A stretch of 41,353 nucleotides of DNA from a virus. The stretch is from UHGV virus genome UHGV-0007119, one strand, 5' to 3'. The number at the start of each line of letters is the position of its first letter. Positions within the stretch are counted from its first letter, which is position 1. The translations under genes and the position numbers were made by a program. Below the pieces are notes generated by a model. That model did no database searches, was not told where the DNA came from, and saw nothing but the letters and a program-made list of their open reading frames with translations. Positions 21,426-30,110 of this stretch are shown here, in pieces.

Positions 21426-21732
21426 CTTCTACTCCGGCTTTTTTAGCAGCGAAGCGTTTGATAAGCGAACCAATCGAGTCAGTACCGATGTAGCCGATAA
21501 ACACGCTCGTTATATAAGCGAGATTGCTACTTAGTCCGGCGAAGTCGAGAAGGTCACGAATGAACCAGGCGATAATGGCGCACATCGTTGCGTCGATTAC
21601 TGTTTTTGTAAACGCACCGCCATTATATCTGCCGCGAAGGTACGCCATTGCAAACGCAAGGATTGCCCCGATGCCTTGTTCCTTTGCCGCGAGAATGGCG
21701 GCTAACAGGTCATGTTTTTCTGGCATCTTCAT
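21409..21732 (-). CDS. S: Holin/antiholin (lambda S, dual-start MKM)
   Basis: 107 aa [41 protein letters not shown]…, near-identical to remembered lambda S107/S105. Confidence 0.95.
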
Positions 21733-22132
21733 GTCTTACCCCCAATAAGGGGATTTGCTCTATTTAATTAGGAATAAGGTCGATTACTGATAGAACAAAT
21801 CCAGGCTACTGTGTTTAGTAATCAGATTTGTTCGTGACCGATATGCACGGGCAAAACGGCAGGAGGTTGTTAGCGCGACCTCCTGCCACCCGCTTTCACG
21901 AAGGTCATGTGTAAAAGGCCGCAGCGTAACTATTACTAATGAATTCAGGACAGACAGTGGCTACGGCTCAGTTTGGGTTGTGCTGTTGCTGGGCGGCGAT
22001 GACGCCTGTACGCATTTGGTGATCCGGTTCTGCTTCCGGTATTCGCTTAATTCAGCACAACGGAAAGAGCACTGGCTAACCAGGCTCGCCGACTCTTCAC
22101 GATTATCGACTCAATGCTCTTACCTGTTGTGC

Positions 22133-22195
22133 AGATATAAAAAATCCCGAAACCGTTATGCAGGCTCTAACTATTACCTGCGAACTGTTTCGGGA
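22133..22195 (-). terminator. tR' terminator (end of the lambda 6S-type short late transcript)
   Basis: Minus strand reads CCCGAAACAGTTCGCAGGTAATAGTTAGAGCCTGCATAACGGTTTCGGGATTTTTTATATCTGC, matching remembered lambda tR'. Confidence 0.7.
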
Positions 22196-22327
22196 TTGCA
22201 TTTTGCAGACCTCTCAGCCTGCGATGGTTGGAGTTCCAGACGATACGTCGAAGTGACCAACTAGGCGGAATCGGTAGTAAGCGCCGCCTCTTTTCATCTC
22301 ACTACCACAACGAGCGAATTAACCCAT

Positions 22328-22819
22328 CTATCCCATACTGGAGAATTCACCATGATATTTTATCCTGGCATTTTCCATTGCCTTTCTCGCCTCCTCGATA
22401 TCGTCAAAACACCCTACATGAATCCTTTTACCATTGACCCTAATTCTTCCAACCCACTTGTTTGCAGCAGAATTAAAAGTCACCCCCTTCACACCAGATG
22501 AATTGTTTTTCCTCATCTTGCTGTTCCATGAGTTTTGAGTGTTAGTAACAACACGAAGATTGGCTATCCGGTTATCAGACCTATCACCATTAATATGGTC
22601 AATCACATCGGTTGGCCAATCATTGTAAACCATCAGCCATGCAATTCTATGGACATATAGCCGCATTCCATAAAGTTTTACCTGCAGATATCCATTTGTT
22701 TTATAGCCAACAACAGCGCCATAAATAAATCTAGAAGACCGAGGTGGATTCTTCCATGTAAGAATTCCAGTATCTGGATTGTAATTAAAAAGTCTCAATG
22801 CATCTTCACGTTTTAACAT
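22328..22819 (-). CDS. HNH homing-type endonuclease with AP2-like DNA-binding domain
   Basis: 163 aa; HNH motif HRIAW…DHINGDRSDNRIANLRVV…QNSWN, then GVKGVTF…NKWVGRIRVNGKRIHVGCFDDIEEARKA (AP2-like); AT-rich; sits inside the pR'-tR' leader. Confidence 0.85.
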   Translation of the reverse strand: MLKREDALRLFNYNPDTGILTWKNPPRSSRFIYGAVVGYKTNGYLQVKLYGMRLYVHRIAWLMVYNDWPTDVIDHINGDRSDNRIANLRVVTNTQNSWNSKMRKNNSSGVKGVTFNSAANKWVGRIRVNGKRIHVGCFDDIEEARKAMENARIKYHGEFSSMG

Positions 22820-23012
22820 AGGCGAACCACATAGATATTAGAGCCTGCTGACATAGAAATATCACCACGAGAGAAGTCGCCAAAAGCGATATTTCTCAGG
22901 CTCTATTCCTATGTGCTCTCGAGTTTATGATGCGCATGTCAGTGCGCTTAGAACTTAAAGATGAGGTGGGTAAAAACTGAAAGAATGTGAACGGATATAA
23001 ATCTGCCATTCT

Positions 23013-23048
23013 TGAGTCAAATTTACCCAATTTTATTCAATAAGTCAA
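23013..23048 (-). promoter_or_regulatory. Late promoter pR' (Q-dependent antitermination site)
   Basis: Minus strand TTGACT (23048-23043), 17-bp spacer, TAAATT (23025-23020), then TGACTCAAG; matches remembered lambda pR' up to about +3. Confidence 0.75.
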
Positions 23049-23090
23049 TATCATGCCGTTAATATGTTGCCATCCGTGGCAATCATGCTG

Positions 23091-23714
23091 CTAACGTGTG
23101 ACCGCATTCAAAATGTTGTCTGCGATTGACTCTTCTTTGTGGCATTGCACCACCAGAGCGTCATACAGCGGCTTAACAGTGCGTGACCAGGTGGGTTGGG
23201 TAAGGTTTGGGATTAGCATCGTCACAGCGCGATATGCTGCGCTTGCTGGCATCCTTGAATAGCCGACGCCTTTGCATCTTCCGCACTCTTTCTCGACAAC
23301 TCTCCCCCACAGCTCTGTTTTGGCAATATCAACCGCACGGCCTGTACCATGGCAATCTCTGCATCTTGCCCCCGGCGTCGCGGCACTACGGCAATAATCC
23401 GCATAAGCGAATGTTGCGAGCACTTGCAGTACCTTTGCCTTAGTATTTCCTTCAAGCTTTGCCACACCACGGTATTTCCCCGATACCTTGTGTGCAAATT
23501 GCATCAGATAGTTGATAGCCTTTTGTTTGTCGTTCTGGCTGAGTTCATGCTTACCGCAGAATGCAGCCATTCCGAATCCGGCTTGTGATTGCGCCATCCC
23601 CATAGCAGCCATCACATCAGTACCGGAAAGAGAGTCAGAAGCCGTAGCCCGTGGTGAGTCGCTCATCATTGGGCTTTTTGGCGAATGAAATTTAGCTACG
23701 CTTTCGAGTCTCAT
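23091..23714 (-). CDS. Q: Late-gene antiterminator Q (lambda type)
   Basis: 207 aa MRLESVAKFHSPKSPMMSDSPRATASDSLSGTDVMAAMGMAQSQAGFGMAAF…, matches remembered lambda Q. Confidence 0.95.
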   Translation of the reverse strand: MRLESVAKFHSPKSPMMSDSPRATASDSLSGTDVMAAMGMAQSQAGFGMAAFCGKHELSQNDKQKAINYLMQFAHKVSGKYRGVAKLEGNTKAKVLQVLATFAYADYCRSAATPGARCRDCHGTGRAVDIAKTELWGRVVEKECGRCKGVGYSRMPASAAYRAVTMLIPNLTQPTWSRTVKPLYDALVVQCHKEESIADNILNAVTR

Positions 23715-23899
23715 CGTCTTCCCCTCTTGCCCTGTTTGACCATCAGGACGCCGTTAACTATTACGTGACGTTCGCCTTTGCTGTCTCGGTTGTACTTGAG
23801 CACCGTTCCTCTTGCACAGGAAAGCATCCTCGCCACTTCGGTCTGATTTCCTCGTGTCTGGATAAGAAGCTCTGGTATCGTTTGAATTGTGGCGTTCAT
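23711..23899 (-). CDS. ninH: NinH-like protein
   Basis: 62 aa; …NQTEVARMLSCARGTVLKY…IVNGVLMV… resembles lambda NinH; ATGA overlap with Q. Confidence 0.75.
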   Translation of the reverse strand: MNATIQTIPELLIQTRGNQTEVARMLSCARGTVLKYNRDSKGERHVIVNGVLMVKQGKRGRR

Positions 23900-24258
23900 A
23901 CGTTCTCCAGTTCGGTGATTTTTATTCCAAGCCTTCCGCCTGGTACTTTCACACCACGAATTACGCGAATGTCATCGAATTGCTCGTCGTCTTCCGCAAA
24001 TCCGGCGTGGATAAGTGAGTCGAGTAAACCTTTCAGGATGTTATCGAGGTCGCGGCGGCGGGAGTCTGGAACGTCTGCGATGACTTTGATGCGGAGTCGT
24101 GATTTGGTGAAAATGTCTAACTTGAGTTGGCGGATGATTTGCTGAACGTCTTTTCGGTATTTCTGGCCTTTATCGCTGATGTAGTATTGGCTTCCCCGTC
24201 TTCGCCAGTAGGTGTTCAGCGACGGTGGGTACGGAAGTGTGAATCTGTATTCTGCCAT
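23896..24258 (-). CDS. rusA: Holliday-junction resolvase RusA
   Basis: 120 aa; …PPSLNTYWRRRGSQYYISDKGQKYRKDV… typical of RusA; nin-region position. Confidence 0.85.
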   Translation of the reverse strand: MAEYRFTLPYPPSLNTYWRRRGSQYYISDKGQKYRKDVQQIIRQLKLDIFTKSRLRIKVIADVPDSRRRDLDNILKGLLDSLIHAGFAEDDEQFDDIRVIRGVKVPGGRLGIKITELENV

Positions 24259-24783
24259 TTATCCTCTCCCATGATTATGGTGATAGCCCAATCGTGATTC
24301 CGCCAATTTTCTGGCATTAACGGCTAGAGATATGTCATCGTATAATCCAAGAAATATCTTTTTATTATCACTGTTTATATATGCACCCCACTTTTTATTC
24401 TTCTTATAGTAGGCAACACCAATTACTCCAGAGCGATTATTAATAGGCTTTTTTCTGTTCCTTGAGTTCTGTTTATCATCTACAACGCGCAAATTGCATA
24501 TTCTGTTATCGCTTTTAATTCCATTTATGTGGTCAATTTCCCCATCAGGTTCACTTCCATAAAAGGATATCCATGCGATTCTATGAGCTCGACAAACTTT
24601 TTTATTTACAGATATACGAACGTATCCTTTTTCATCTATAGAACCAGCAATCTTACCGACATATGTTGAATTCCAGCACTCTCTTACACTTTCTCTTCTC
24701 TTGTATATAAACAAACCTGTTTCGCTATTATATTCATACAATTCATTGATTTCTTTTTGTGTTGGATATCTTTTACCGTTCAT
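24259..24783 (-). CDS. HNH homing-type endonuclease with AP2-like domain (paralogue of 22328-22819)
   Basis: 174 aa; HRIAW…DHINGIKSDNRICNLRVV…QNSRN, then GVIGVAYYKKNKKWGAYI…; very AT-rich; abuts the rusA start and overlaps the upstream stop (ATGA). Confidence 0.85.
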   Translation of the reverse strand: MNGKRYPTQKEINELYEYNSETGLFIYKRRESVRECWNSTYVGKIAGSIDEKGYVRISVNKKVCRAHRIAWISFYGSEPDGEIDHINGIKSDNRICNLRVVDDKQNSRNRKKPINNRSGVIGVAYYKKNKKWGAYINSDNKKIFLGLYDDISLAVNARKLAESRLGYHHNHGRG

Positions 24784-25070
24784 GACTTAATCTTCCCCTC
24801 CTTCAGCAGTATCGCCTGCGTCCTGATCACGCCTTCGAGGTGGTAAAGTCTGGCGTCTTTGTTGTCGAGAATCCTTGTGCGTCGGTCGATCTCCGCGTGG
24901 CAGTCACTACAAGCCCATGCACCGATCAGGTCGTCAGGCTTCATTCCCGTTCCGCAAATTCCAGCCATCCTGTAATGTGCCAGAACTGTAGTTTCAGGGT
25001 TGCCATTGCATATGCCGTAAATACGTACCTGGCATGCTCTGCCTCGCGCTTCTTTGCGTAGGTTAGCCAT
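24780..25070 (-). CDS. Cys-rich nin-region protein (YbcO/DUF1364-like, recalled)
   Basis: 96 aa with conserved cysteines (…CQVRIYGICNGNPETTVLAH…CSDCH…); resembles remembered DLP12 YbcO. Confidence 0.6.
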   Translation of the reverse strand: MANLRKEARGRACQVRIYGICNGNPETTVLAHYRMAGICGTGMKPDDLIGAWACSDCHAEIDRRTRILDNKDARLYHLEGVIRTQAILLKEGKIKS

Positions 25071-25795
25071 TAAGCAGCCTCCCCTGTTACTTTCAGCATT
25101 CCGTTATCGAGCAGCTTTCTGGTCAGCCACTGTTGACCACGCCCGGTGATTTTTGTGGTGAACGATATCTGTATTCCGTGATTTGTGTTGACCGCTGTTT
25201 CTTTCACTGTGAAATAGCCGCGATCCATATATTCCTGCATTGGTACATTGCGCCGGGAACCTGAAGCAATAAGGATTTTGTGATCGCGCATCCACGCAAA
25301 CAGTTTGTTTGGACCAATACCAACAACCTTTGCAAAGTTTCCAATCAAAATTCCGCTGGCCTCGCCAACGCGATCGGCAAACTCAACTTTAGGTGCGGCA
25401 ATTGCGAGCTGGTTTTCCAGTTGCATTTTCTGCTCAGCAAGATCAGCAGCAAGGCGCAACGCTTCTGGTAGCGTTTTGGGGATATTAACCGCAGTTTCTT
25501 CAAGCTCTCGCCAACGGTCAACAAGACGAGCGGTGAATTCCGGCGACAATTGGGCGACGACAATAATGCTGTCTCGCTTTCCTTGTTCGCCCTCGAAGAC
25601 GTAGAAATCACGCTCCCCGGTAATAACACCTAAATCATTGATTATGTTAGTGTGCTGCAATGCAGGAGGCTTGATAACGCCACGTTTCACCAATCTATCT
25701 ATGGATACTTTTACATTGCTATGGCGGCTTTCTACCAACTCAGCGATTTCAATGCTTGTCATTTTGATGGCATTGCCATTTATTAACTCATTCAT
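25070..25795 (-). CDS. Rha-family regulatory protein / KilAC-type antirepressor-like protein
   Basis: 241 aa; N-terminal …MTSIEIAELVESRHSNVKVSIDRLV… (Rha-like), C-terminal …FAKVVGIGPNKLFAWMRDHKIL… (KilAC-like); start may be the internal Met at about 25762. Confidence 0.65.
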   Translation of the reverse strand: MNELINGNAIKMTSIEIAELVESRHSNVKVSIDRLVKRGVIKPPALQHTNIINDLGVITGERDFYVFEGEQGKRDSIIVVAQLSPEFTARLVDRWRELEETAVNIPKTLPEALRLAADLAEQKMQLENQLAIAAPKVEFADRVGEASGILIGNFAKVVGIGPNKLFAWMRDHKILIASGSRRNVPMQEYMDRGYFTVKETAVNTNHGIQISFTTKITGRGQQWLTRKLLDNGMLKVTGEAA

Positions 25796-25964
25796 CGTCT
25801 TCTTCCTCGTACATTGAGCTATTCGGATCGCTCATCAGTTCTGCGCAGCAATCGGAGCACACGTGAACTTCCAGCACATGCAGCTTCTGACCGCAGTTAG
25901 CGCACGTTAAAGCTCGCTCGACGCTTTCTTTCTGGTATTGAAGAGATTGGGATGGACTAAGCAT
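25788..25964 (-). CDS. ninF: NinF-like protein
   Basis: From internal Met [50 protein letters not shown]…, close to remembered lambda NinF. Confidence 0.75.
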   Translation of the reverse strand: MLSPSQSLQYQKESVERALTCANCGQKLHVLEVHVCSDCCAELMSDPNSSMYEEEDDE

Positions 25965-26364
25965 GGCTTTCACCATTAAAAAGTCGCTTGTAAGCATCAA
26001 TGTCTCGTTTTGCTTCACCGAGCTTTCGTCTTAATTCCATGTTTTCTGATTCAAGCTTTTCCATGTCTTGTTGGTATCGATCGCGGTGTTCTTTCCATGC
26101 TTTTTGATACGCCTTCATGTATGTCATGTTGGCCTTTCTCTTTGCCTGACGAACTGCGTGGTGGTTTTTCACAAACCAGTCAGGGTCGTTAAATGCTGCT
26201 CTGGCGCATGTATACCAATAATTTGTTGCCTCCCTGTTTAGCCAATAAATACTGATAAATGGCAACCGGATAGACACCATTTTTCGTTGTGACTCTTTCT
26301 CGCCAAACATGTGCCCTTTTTTGATGCTAAGGCCAAATCCAGGTTGAATTAAAAGCATTGTCAT
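25957..26364 (-). CDS. Hypothetical nin-region protein
   Basis: About 135 aa from internal Met [10 protein letters not shown]…; ATGA overlap with the NinE stop; basic C-terminus. Confidence 0.5.
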   Translation of the reverse strand: MTMLLIQPGFGLSIKKGHMFGEKESQRKMVSIRLPFISIYWLNREATNYWYTCARAAFNDPDWFVKNHHAVRQAKRKANMTYMKAYQKAWKEHRDRYQQDMEKLESENMELRRKLGEAKRDIDAYKRLFNGESHA

Positions 26365-26537
26365 TTCCTCGCGCGATGTCTTAGCCACCGGATATCCCAC
26401 AGGTGAGCCGTGTAGTTGAAGGTTTTTACGTCAGATTCTTTTGGGATTGGCTTGGGTTTATTTCTGGAGCGTTTCGTTGGAAGGTATTTGCAGTTTTCGC
26501 AGATTATGTCGGTGATACTTCGTCGCTGTCGTCTCAT
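26361..26537 (-). CDS. ninE: NinE-like protein
   Basis: From internal Met [58 protein letters not shown], close to remembered lambda NinE. Confidence 0.75.
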   Translation of the reverse strand: MRRQRRSITDIICENCKYLPTKRSRNKPKPIPKESDVKTFNYTAHLWDIRWLRHRARK

Positions 26538-27061
26538 GCCGCCCTCCTGGCGCCCTGCCCGATCGCCATCAATGCCGATTTGGATACGGTAGTAAACATC
26601 CGTCGAGGACTGATGAACGGTCGCCAAATCAGCAGCATTGAGCCTTTGCTGTTTCCCTTCTTCTCCAGCCCCGTCGATGGTTCGATAAAATTAATCCGTC
26701 CATCAGTGATAATGCGAACTTCGTCGACACTCTCCAGAGCCTTGCTGAACCATCCGACTGACATATCCTCTGGCACAAGCATAACTACAGTCTGTCGCTG
26801 TTGTATGCACTGCTCAGCGGCTTTTTCCACCCACGGCCTGATATTGCTGTACGGTGGGTTATTCCAGATTGCACCGTGGCTTACCCACTCAGAATTGAGC
26901 GCGTCGTCAGCCTCAGTTAGCCAGTGAGCGCACAGGGCGTTTTTGTCGCTCGCTGCCGAATCCAGCCAGAATCCAAACTCAATATCCAGTGCATCAAAAA
27001 GCCAGAGCGGCGTTTGCCAGCAGTCCTTGTCGTGTGCTGGCGTATTTGATTTGATAGTCAT
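26534..27061 (-). CDS. Orphan DNA N6-adenine methyltransferase (phage Dam-like)
   Basis: From internal Met [18 protein letters not shown]…; NPPY catalytic motif (…IWNNPPYSN…); ATGA overlap with the NinB stop; no adjacent restriction endonuclease. Confidence 0.85.
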   Translation of the reverse strand: MTIKSNTPAHDKDCWQTPLWLFDALDIEFGFWLDSAASDKNALCAHWLTEADDALNSEWVSHGAIWNNPPYSNIRPWVEKAAEQCIQQRQTVVMLVPEDMSVGWFSKALESVDEVRIITDGRINFIEPSTGLEKKGNSKGSMLLIWRPFISPRRMFTTVSKSALMAIGQGARRAA

Positions 27062-27504
27062 GCAGCCTTCCCTTTTCGTTGTGACCATTCATACTCTCGC
27101 CGGGAGTCATCACTCCACCGCACGTTGCGCTCTGAGCCGAACCAGAACATGATTTCGATAAGCTCAGTCATGCTGGCCTTTCGCATTTTGCTGGTACGCA
27201 CTCCAAGCATAACAACGCCACCGTCGATACCAGGCGCACTTCGTTGCTCCAGTTTTTTGGTCTTAAGCCACAGGGCAGTGAACAGATCTTTCCAGTCCTC
27301 CGGCGCAAGTCTCTCTCCATACCAGAGCACCTGACGCGATACGTCCTGCAATAACGCCCACATAAGGCGGTTTTGAGGATTGCTCCGCTTTGGTTCTTTA
27401 ATGTGGACTTCGTGAGGTGACTTGTCGTCGATCGGAAGTGAGAGTATTGCGTCTATGGCGTTGTTTCTGATTGCTTCGTTGCGAAGCATGTATATTTGCT
27501 TCAT
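27058..27504 (-). CDS. ninB: NinB recombination protein
   Basis: Start MKQIYMLR… after GAGGTAA; …NPQNRLMWALLQDVSRQVLWYGERL… resembles lambda NinB. Confidence 0.85.
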   Translation of the reverse strand: MKQIYMLRNEAIRNNAIDAILSLPIDDKSPHEVHIKEPKRSNPQNRLMWALLQDVSRQVLWYGERLAPEDWKDLFTALWLKTKKLEQRSAPGIDGGVVMLGVRTSKMRKASMTELIEIMFWFGSERNVRWSDDSRREYEWSQRKGKAA

Positions 27505-27511
27505 CGTTACC

Positions 27512-27718
27512 TCAACTAACAAAACGCCACGCCATTTTTGCTACAGCGACAGGCATAACACCGATAATCACCCAGACAAATGCAGCGCCAAACAACGTAT
27601 ACCATGGGTCTTTACCGTCATTCACAAGACGAATGTAGCTATGCAGAACAATAAAAAACGTCAGAAGAATCCATCCAACGCCAACGCATTTGAGTGCGAC
27701 GAGCATAAACTCAGCCAC
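27512..27718 (-). CDS. Small two-helix membrane protein, unknown function
   Basis: 68 aa; GTG start 6 nt after GGGGGAGAG; two hydrophobic helices; first gene after the tR2-like terminator. Confidence 0.45.
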   Translation of the reverse strand: MAEFMLVALKCVGVGWILLTFFIVLHSYIRLVNDGKDPWYTLFGAAFVWVIIGVMPVAVAKMAWRFVS

Positions 27719-27732
27719 GATTTACTCTCCCC

Positions 27733-27765
27733 CAAATAAAAAGGCCTGCAGGTAATCGCAGGCCT
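27733..27765 (-). terminator. tR2-like intrinsic terminator between replication genes and nin region
   Basis: Stem AGGCCTGC/GCAGGCCT (8 bp) followed on the minus strand by TTTTTATTT. Confidence 0.65.
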
Positions 27766-27793
27766 GTTATTAGCTCAGTGATGTAGATGGTCA

Positions 27794-29230
27794 TCAGAAT
27801 CCTCCTTTCTTCTTGGACTGCGGTTCCTCACGTTCACGGCGGCGCATTTCAGCAGACTGTTGGTCTGTGTCATAAATAGCGCCATTTGCCTGAATGCAAT
27901 ACACCGTGCCGGTATTGCCATGACGATTGAGGCGAAGGATTAGTTCGGTTTCACCAGGAGGAACGCTGTCATCAAAAGCACCTTCACGATGGATCCCCAC
28001 CCAATAATCGCAATCCTGTTCAATCTGCCCTGTATCTCGTGAGTCACTTGGTAATGGGCGTTTATTGGTTCGGCTTTCCAGTGCGCGGTTAAGCTGTGTC
28101 AGAAGCACAACAACGCAATCAAGCTCTTTGGCAAGGTTCTTCAGTCCTTTGGTGATCATGCCGTAAGCAAGGTCGTTGCGATCGGCCTTCTCAGCGGTCA
28201 TTAGTGTCAGGTAATCGACCAGAATCATGCCAACACATCCTTTTTCTCGCTTGATTCGACGGCTTTCGCTGACGATTTGAGCCAGAGATAATCCCGGCGT
28301 GTCGTCGATGTAAAGCAGGTCGATTTCACTCAAGCGATTGGCTGTTTCGATCGCCCTGTTGAAGTCACCATCGTAATCACCCTGATAGCCGTCATCAGCG
28401 TCATTTGTCGCCGGAAGGTAAAAAATATTCGGGTTAACACCAGACTTCTGCCCTACCAGTTTTTCCAGTATCTGATCACCTGGCATTTCAAGGCTGAACA
28501 TCAAAGCGGGCTTTTTCTCATGCACTGCGCAATTGATTGCCATCTGGCTGTATAGCGTCGTTTTCCCCATCTTAGGGCGAGCGCCAATGACAAACAGAGA
28601 GCCTTTCACCAGACCTTTCGGTGACAGCATCCTGTCCAGCGATGGGATCCCTGTGCTCATTCCCCGTTGTTCGCCTGATGGGTCAAATCGCTTCTCAAGG
28701 TCGCTAACCCAGTCTTCCATGACCTCACCAAATGAGCGAAGGCCGCGACGCGATCCGGTTTTTGCATGGTCTGTCAGTTGCGTGAAAATCGCCTGAATAG
28801 CTTCGTACTTCTGCATTGCAGTCATTCCGTTGCGGGAATAGAGCAATTCCGTCGCTTCAGTCATGCGGTTGATGGCGTAGCGTTCCATTGCGGTTTCACG
28901 AACCTGCATTGCATAGGCAACGATGTTTGCTGCGCTTGGCGTGTTCTTTGCGATCTCAGCGATATAAGCAAAACCGCCAACAGACGCCGTTAACGATTTA
29001 CGCTCCAGTTCATCGAAAAGCGTCAGGCCATCTACTGGCTTTTGCTCACGGTGCATTCTGGTTATTTCTTCGAAAAGGATTTTGTGTGGTCGGCTGTAAA
29101 ATGAATCAGGCTTCAGCATCGCCAGAACTTTCTGGACGCGCTCACTGCTGTCATCATCCAGAAGCAATCCACCAATCACCGCCTGCTCTGCCTCGATGCT
29201 ATGGGGCGGCGCATAAAAATTATCGGTCAT
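27794..29230 (-). CDS. Replicative DNA helicase (DnaB-like, P22 gene 12 type)
   Basis: Start ATG (MTDNFYAPPHSIEAEQAVIGGLL…) after GAGGG; Walker A …GARPKMGKTTL…; typical DnaB N-terminal motif. Confidence 0.9.
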   Translation of the reverse strand: MTDNFYAPPHSIEAEQAVIGGLLLDDDSSERVQKVLAMLKPDSFYSRPHKILFEEITRMHREQKPVDGLTLFDELERKSLTASVGGFAYIAEIAKNTPSAANIVAYAMQVRETAMERYAINRMTEATELLYSRNGMTAMQKYEAIQAIFTQLTDHAKTGSRRGLRSFGEVMEDWVSDLEKRFDPSGEQRGMSTGIPSLDRMLSPKGLVKGSLFVIGARPKMGKTTLYSQMAINCAVHEKKPALMFSLEMPGDQILEKLVGQKSGVNPNIFYLPATNDADDGYQGDYDGDFNRAIETANRLSEIDLLYIDDTPGLSLAQIVSESRRIKREKGCVGMILVDYLTLMTAEKADRNDLAYGMITKGLKNLAKELDCVVVLLTQLNRALESRTNKRPLPSDSRDTGQIEQDCDYWVGIHREGAFDDSVPPGETELILRLNRHGNTGTVYCIQANGAIYDTDQQSAEMRRREREEPQSKKKGGF

Positions 29231-30110
29231 CGTGTTCACCCTCACGAACTTTCAGGTAGGTATTATCGTTAAGCAGGAAATCAAATCCCTTTTTGTGCCA
29301 GACGGTTCCGCGCTGATGGTTTGGGCGCTCTTCGAACATCCATCGGCAATTTTCGCCTACGTAGCTCAAATAATTTCTCCAGTCCTGCATCGTGAAACCA
29401 TGCCCGTCAAGCTGTCGGGTTATCACTCCGGCTTTGCGCCAGAACGTTCGGATCTGGTTTTTACGCTTGTCATTCAGTGCGCGGATTCTTGGCGCTTCAG
29501 GAAGGATTTCGTGGTAAGCATCGACAACATCCTGACAGCTGACGGAAGGTTTTTTCTTGTCAGACTTTTTGTCTGCTGTGGCACTCTCTAATACGTCAGT
29601 ATTAGAGATATTATTTATATTATTGTTTATGGACAACCGTTGGACAACCGTTGGACAATCTCCGCTGAGAGGCGCGCCATTACTGGTGTTTGCGTTGGAC
29701 AACCGTTGGACAACCGTTGGACAATTTTTTGCCTGAAAATCGTCATATTTAACGATTGTAAACAGGCTAAATTTCTTCCCCATCGAGCAAATATTAAGCA
29801 TCCCTTTCGACTCAAAAGTCCGTAATAAGCTCCGAACTTTGTTGTCGGGGATGAATGTTTCTCTGACCAGCGACGGGCGTCCAGTTATCATCTGACCGCG
29901 ATCAACAGTTATCGGCCCGATATCCGTATTGACGACAGTAGATTCGTGATTAGCCTTGAGGATTAAGTGAAGCCAAAGATGTACTGCCTGAGAGTCCTTA
30001 TAGAGCCTGCTGTCCATAAACTGGCGGTGTATAGAGACATACCCCATACTGGATGCCTCCTGATGTTGTACAGGGTTATGCCTGTAATCAGCTAATTTAA
30101 CGACGCCCAT
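29220..30110 (-). CDS. Replication initiation protein (O-like) containing the origin iterons
   Basis: 296 aa; AGGAG RBS; located between cII and the helicase; iteron array lies inside the coding sequence, as for lambda O. Confidence 0.8.
   Translation of the reverse strand: MGVVKLADYRHNPVQHQEASSMGYVSIHRQFMDSRLYKDSQAVHLWLHLILKANHESTVVNTDIGPITVDRGQMITGRPSLVRETFIPDNKVRSLLRTFESKGMLNICSMGKKFSLFTIVKYDDFQAKNCPTVVQRLSNANTSNGAPLSGDCPTVVQRLSINNNINNISNTDVLESATADKKSDKKKPSVSCQDVVDAYHEILPEAPRIRALNDKRKNQIRTFWRKAGVITRQLDGHGFTMQDWRNYLSYVGENCRWMFEERPNHQRGTVWHKKGFDFLLNDNTYLKVREGEHDDR
29631..29724. repeat. Origin of replication iterons (11-bp GGACAACCGTT repeats, two clusters) with adjacent AT-rich tract
   Basis: GGACAACCGTTGGACAACCGTTGGACAATC at 29631-29660 and GTTGGACAACCGTTGGACAACCGTTGGACAAT at 29693-29724, then TTTTTTGCCTGAAAATCGTCATATTTAACG. 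Confidence 0.75.

Noticed and set aside
29627-29825. Short overlapping ORFs with repeated peptide motifs, and the repeat array as a possible CRISPR
   Set aside because: The repeats are 11-bp origin iterons inside the initiator gene with no spacer-repeat architecture; the small ORFs are artefacts of the repeats.
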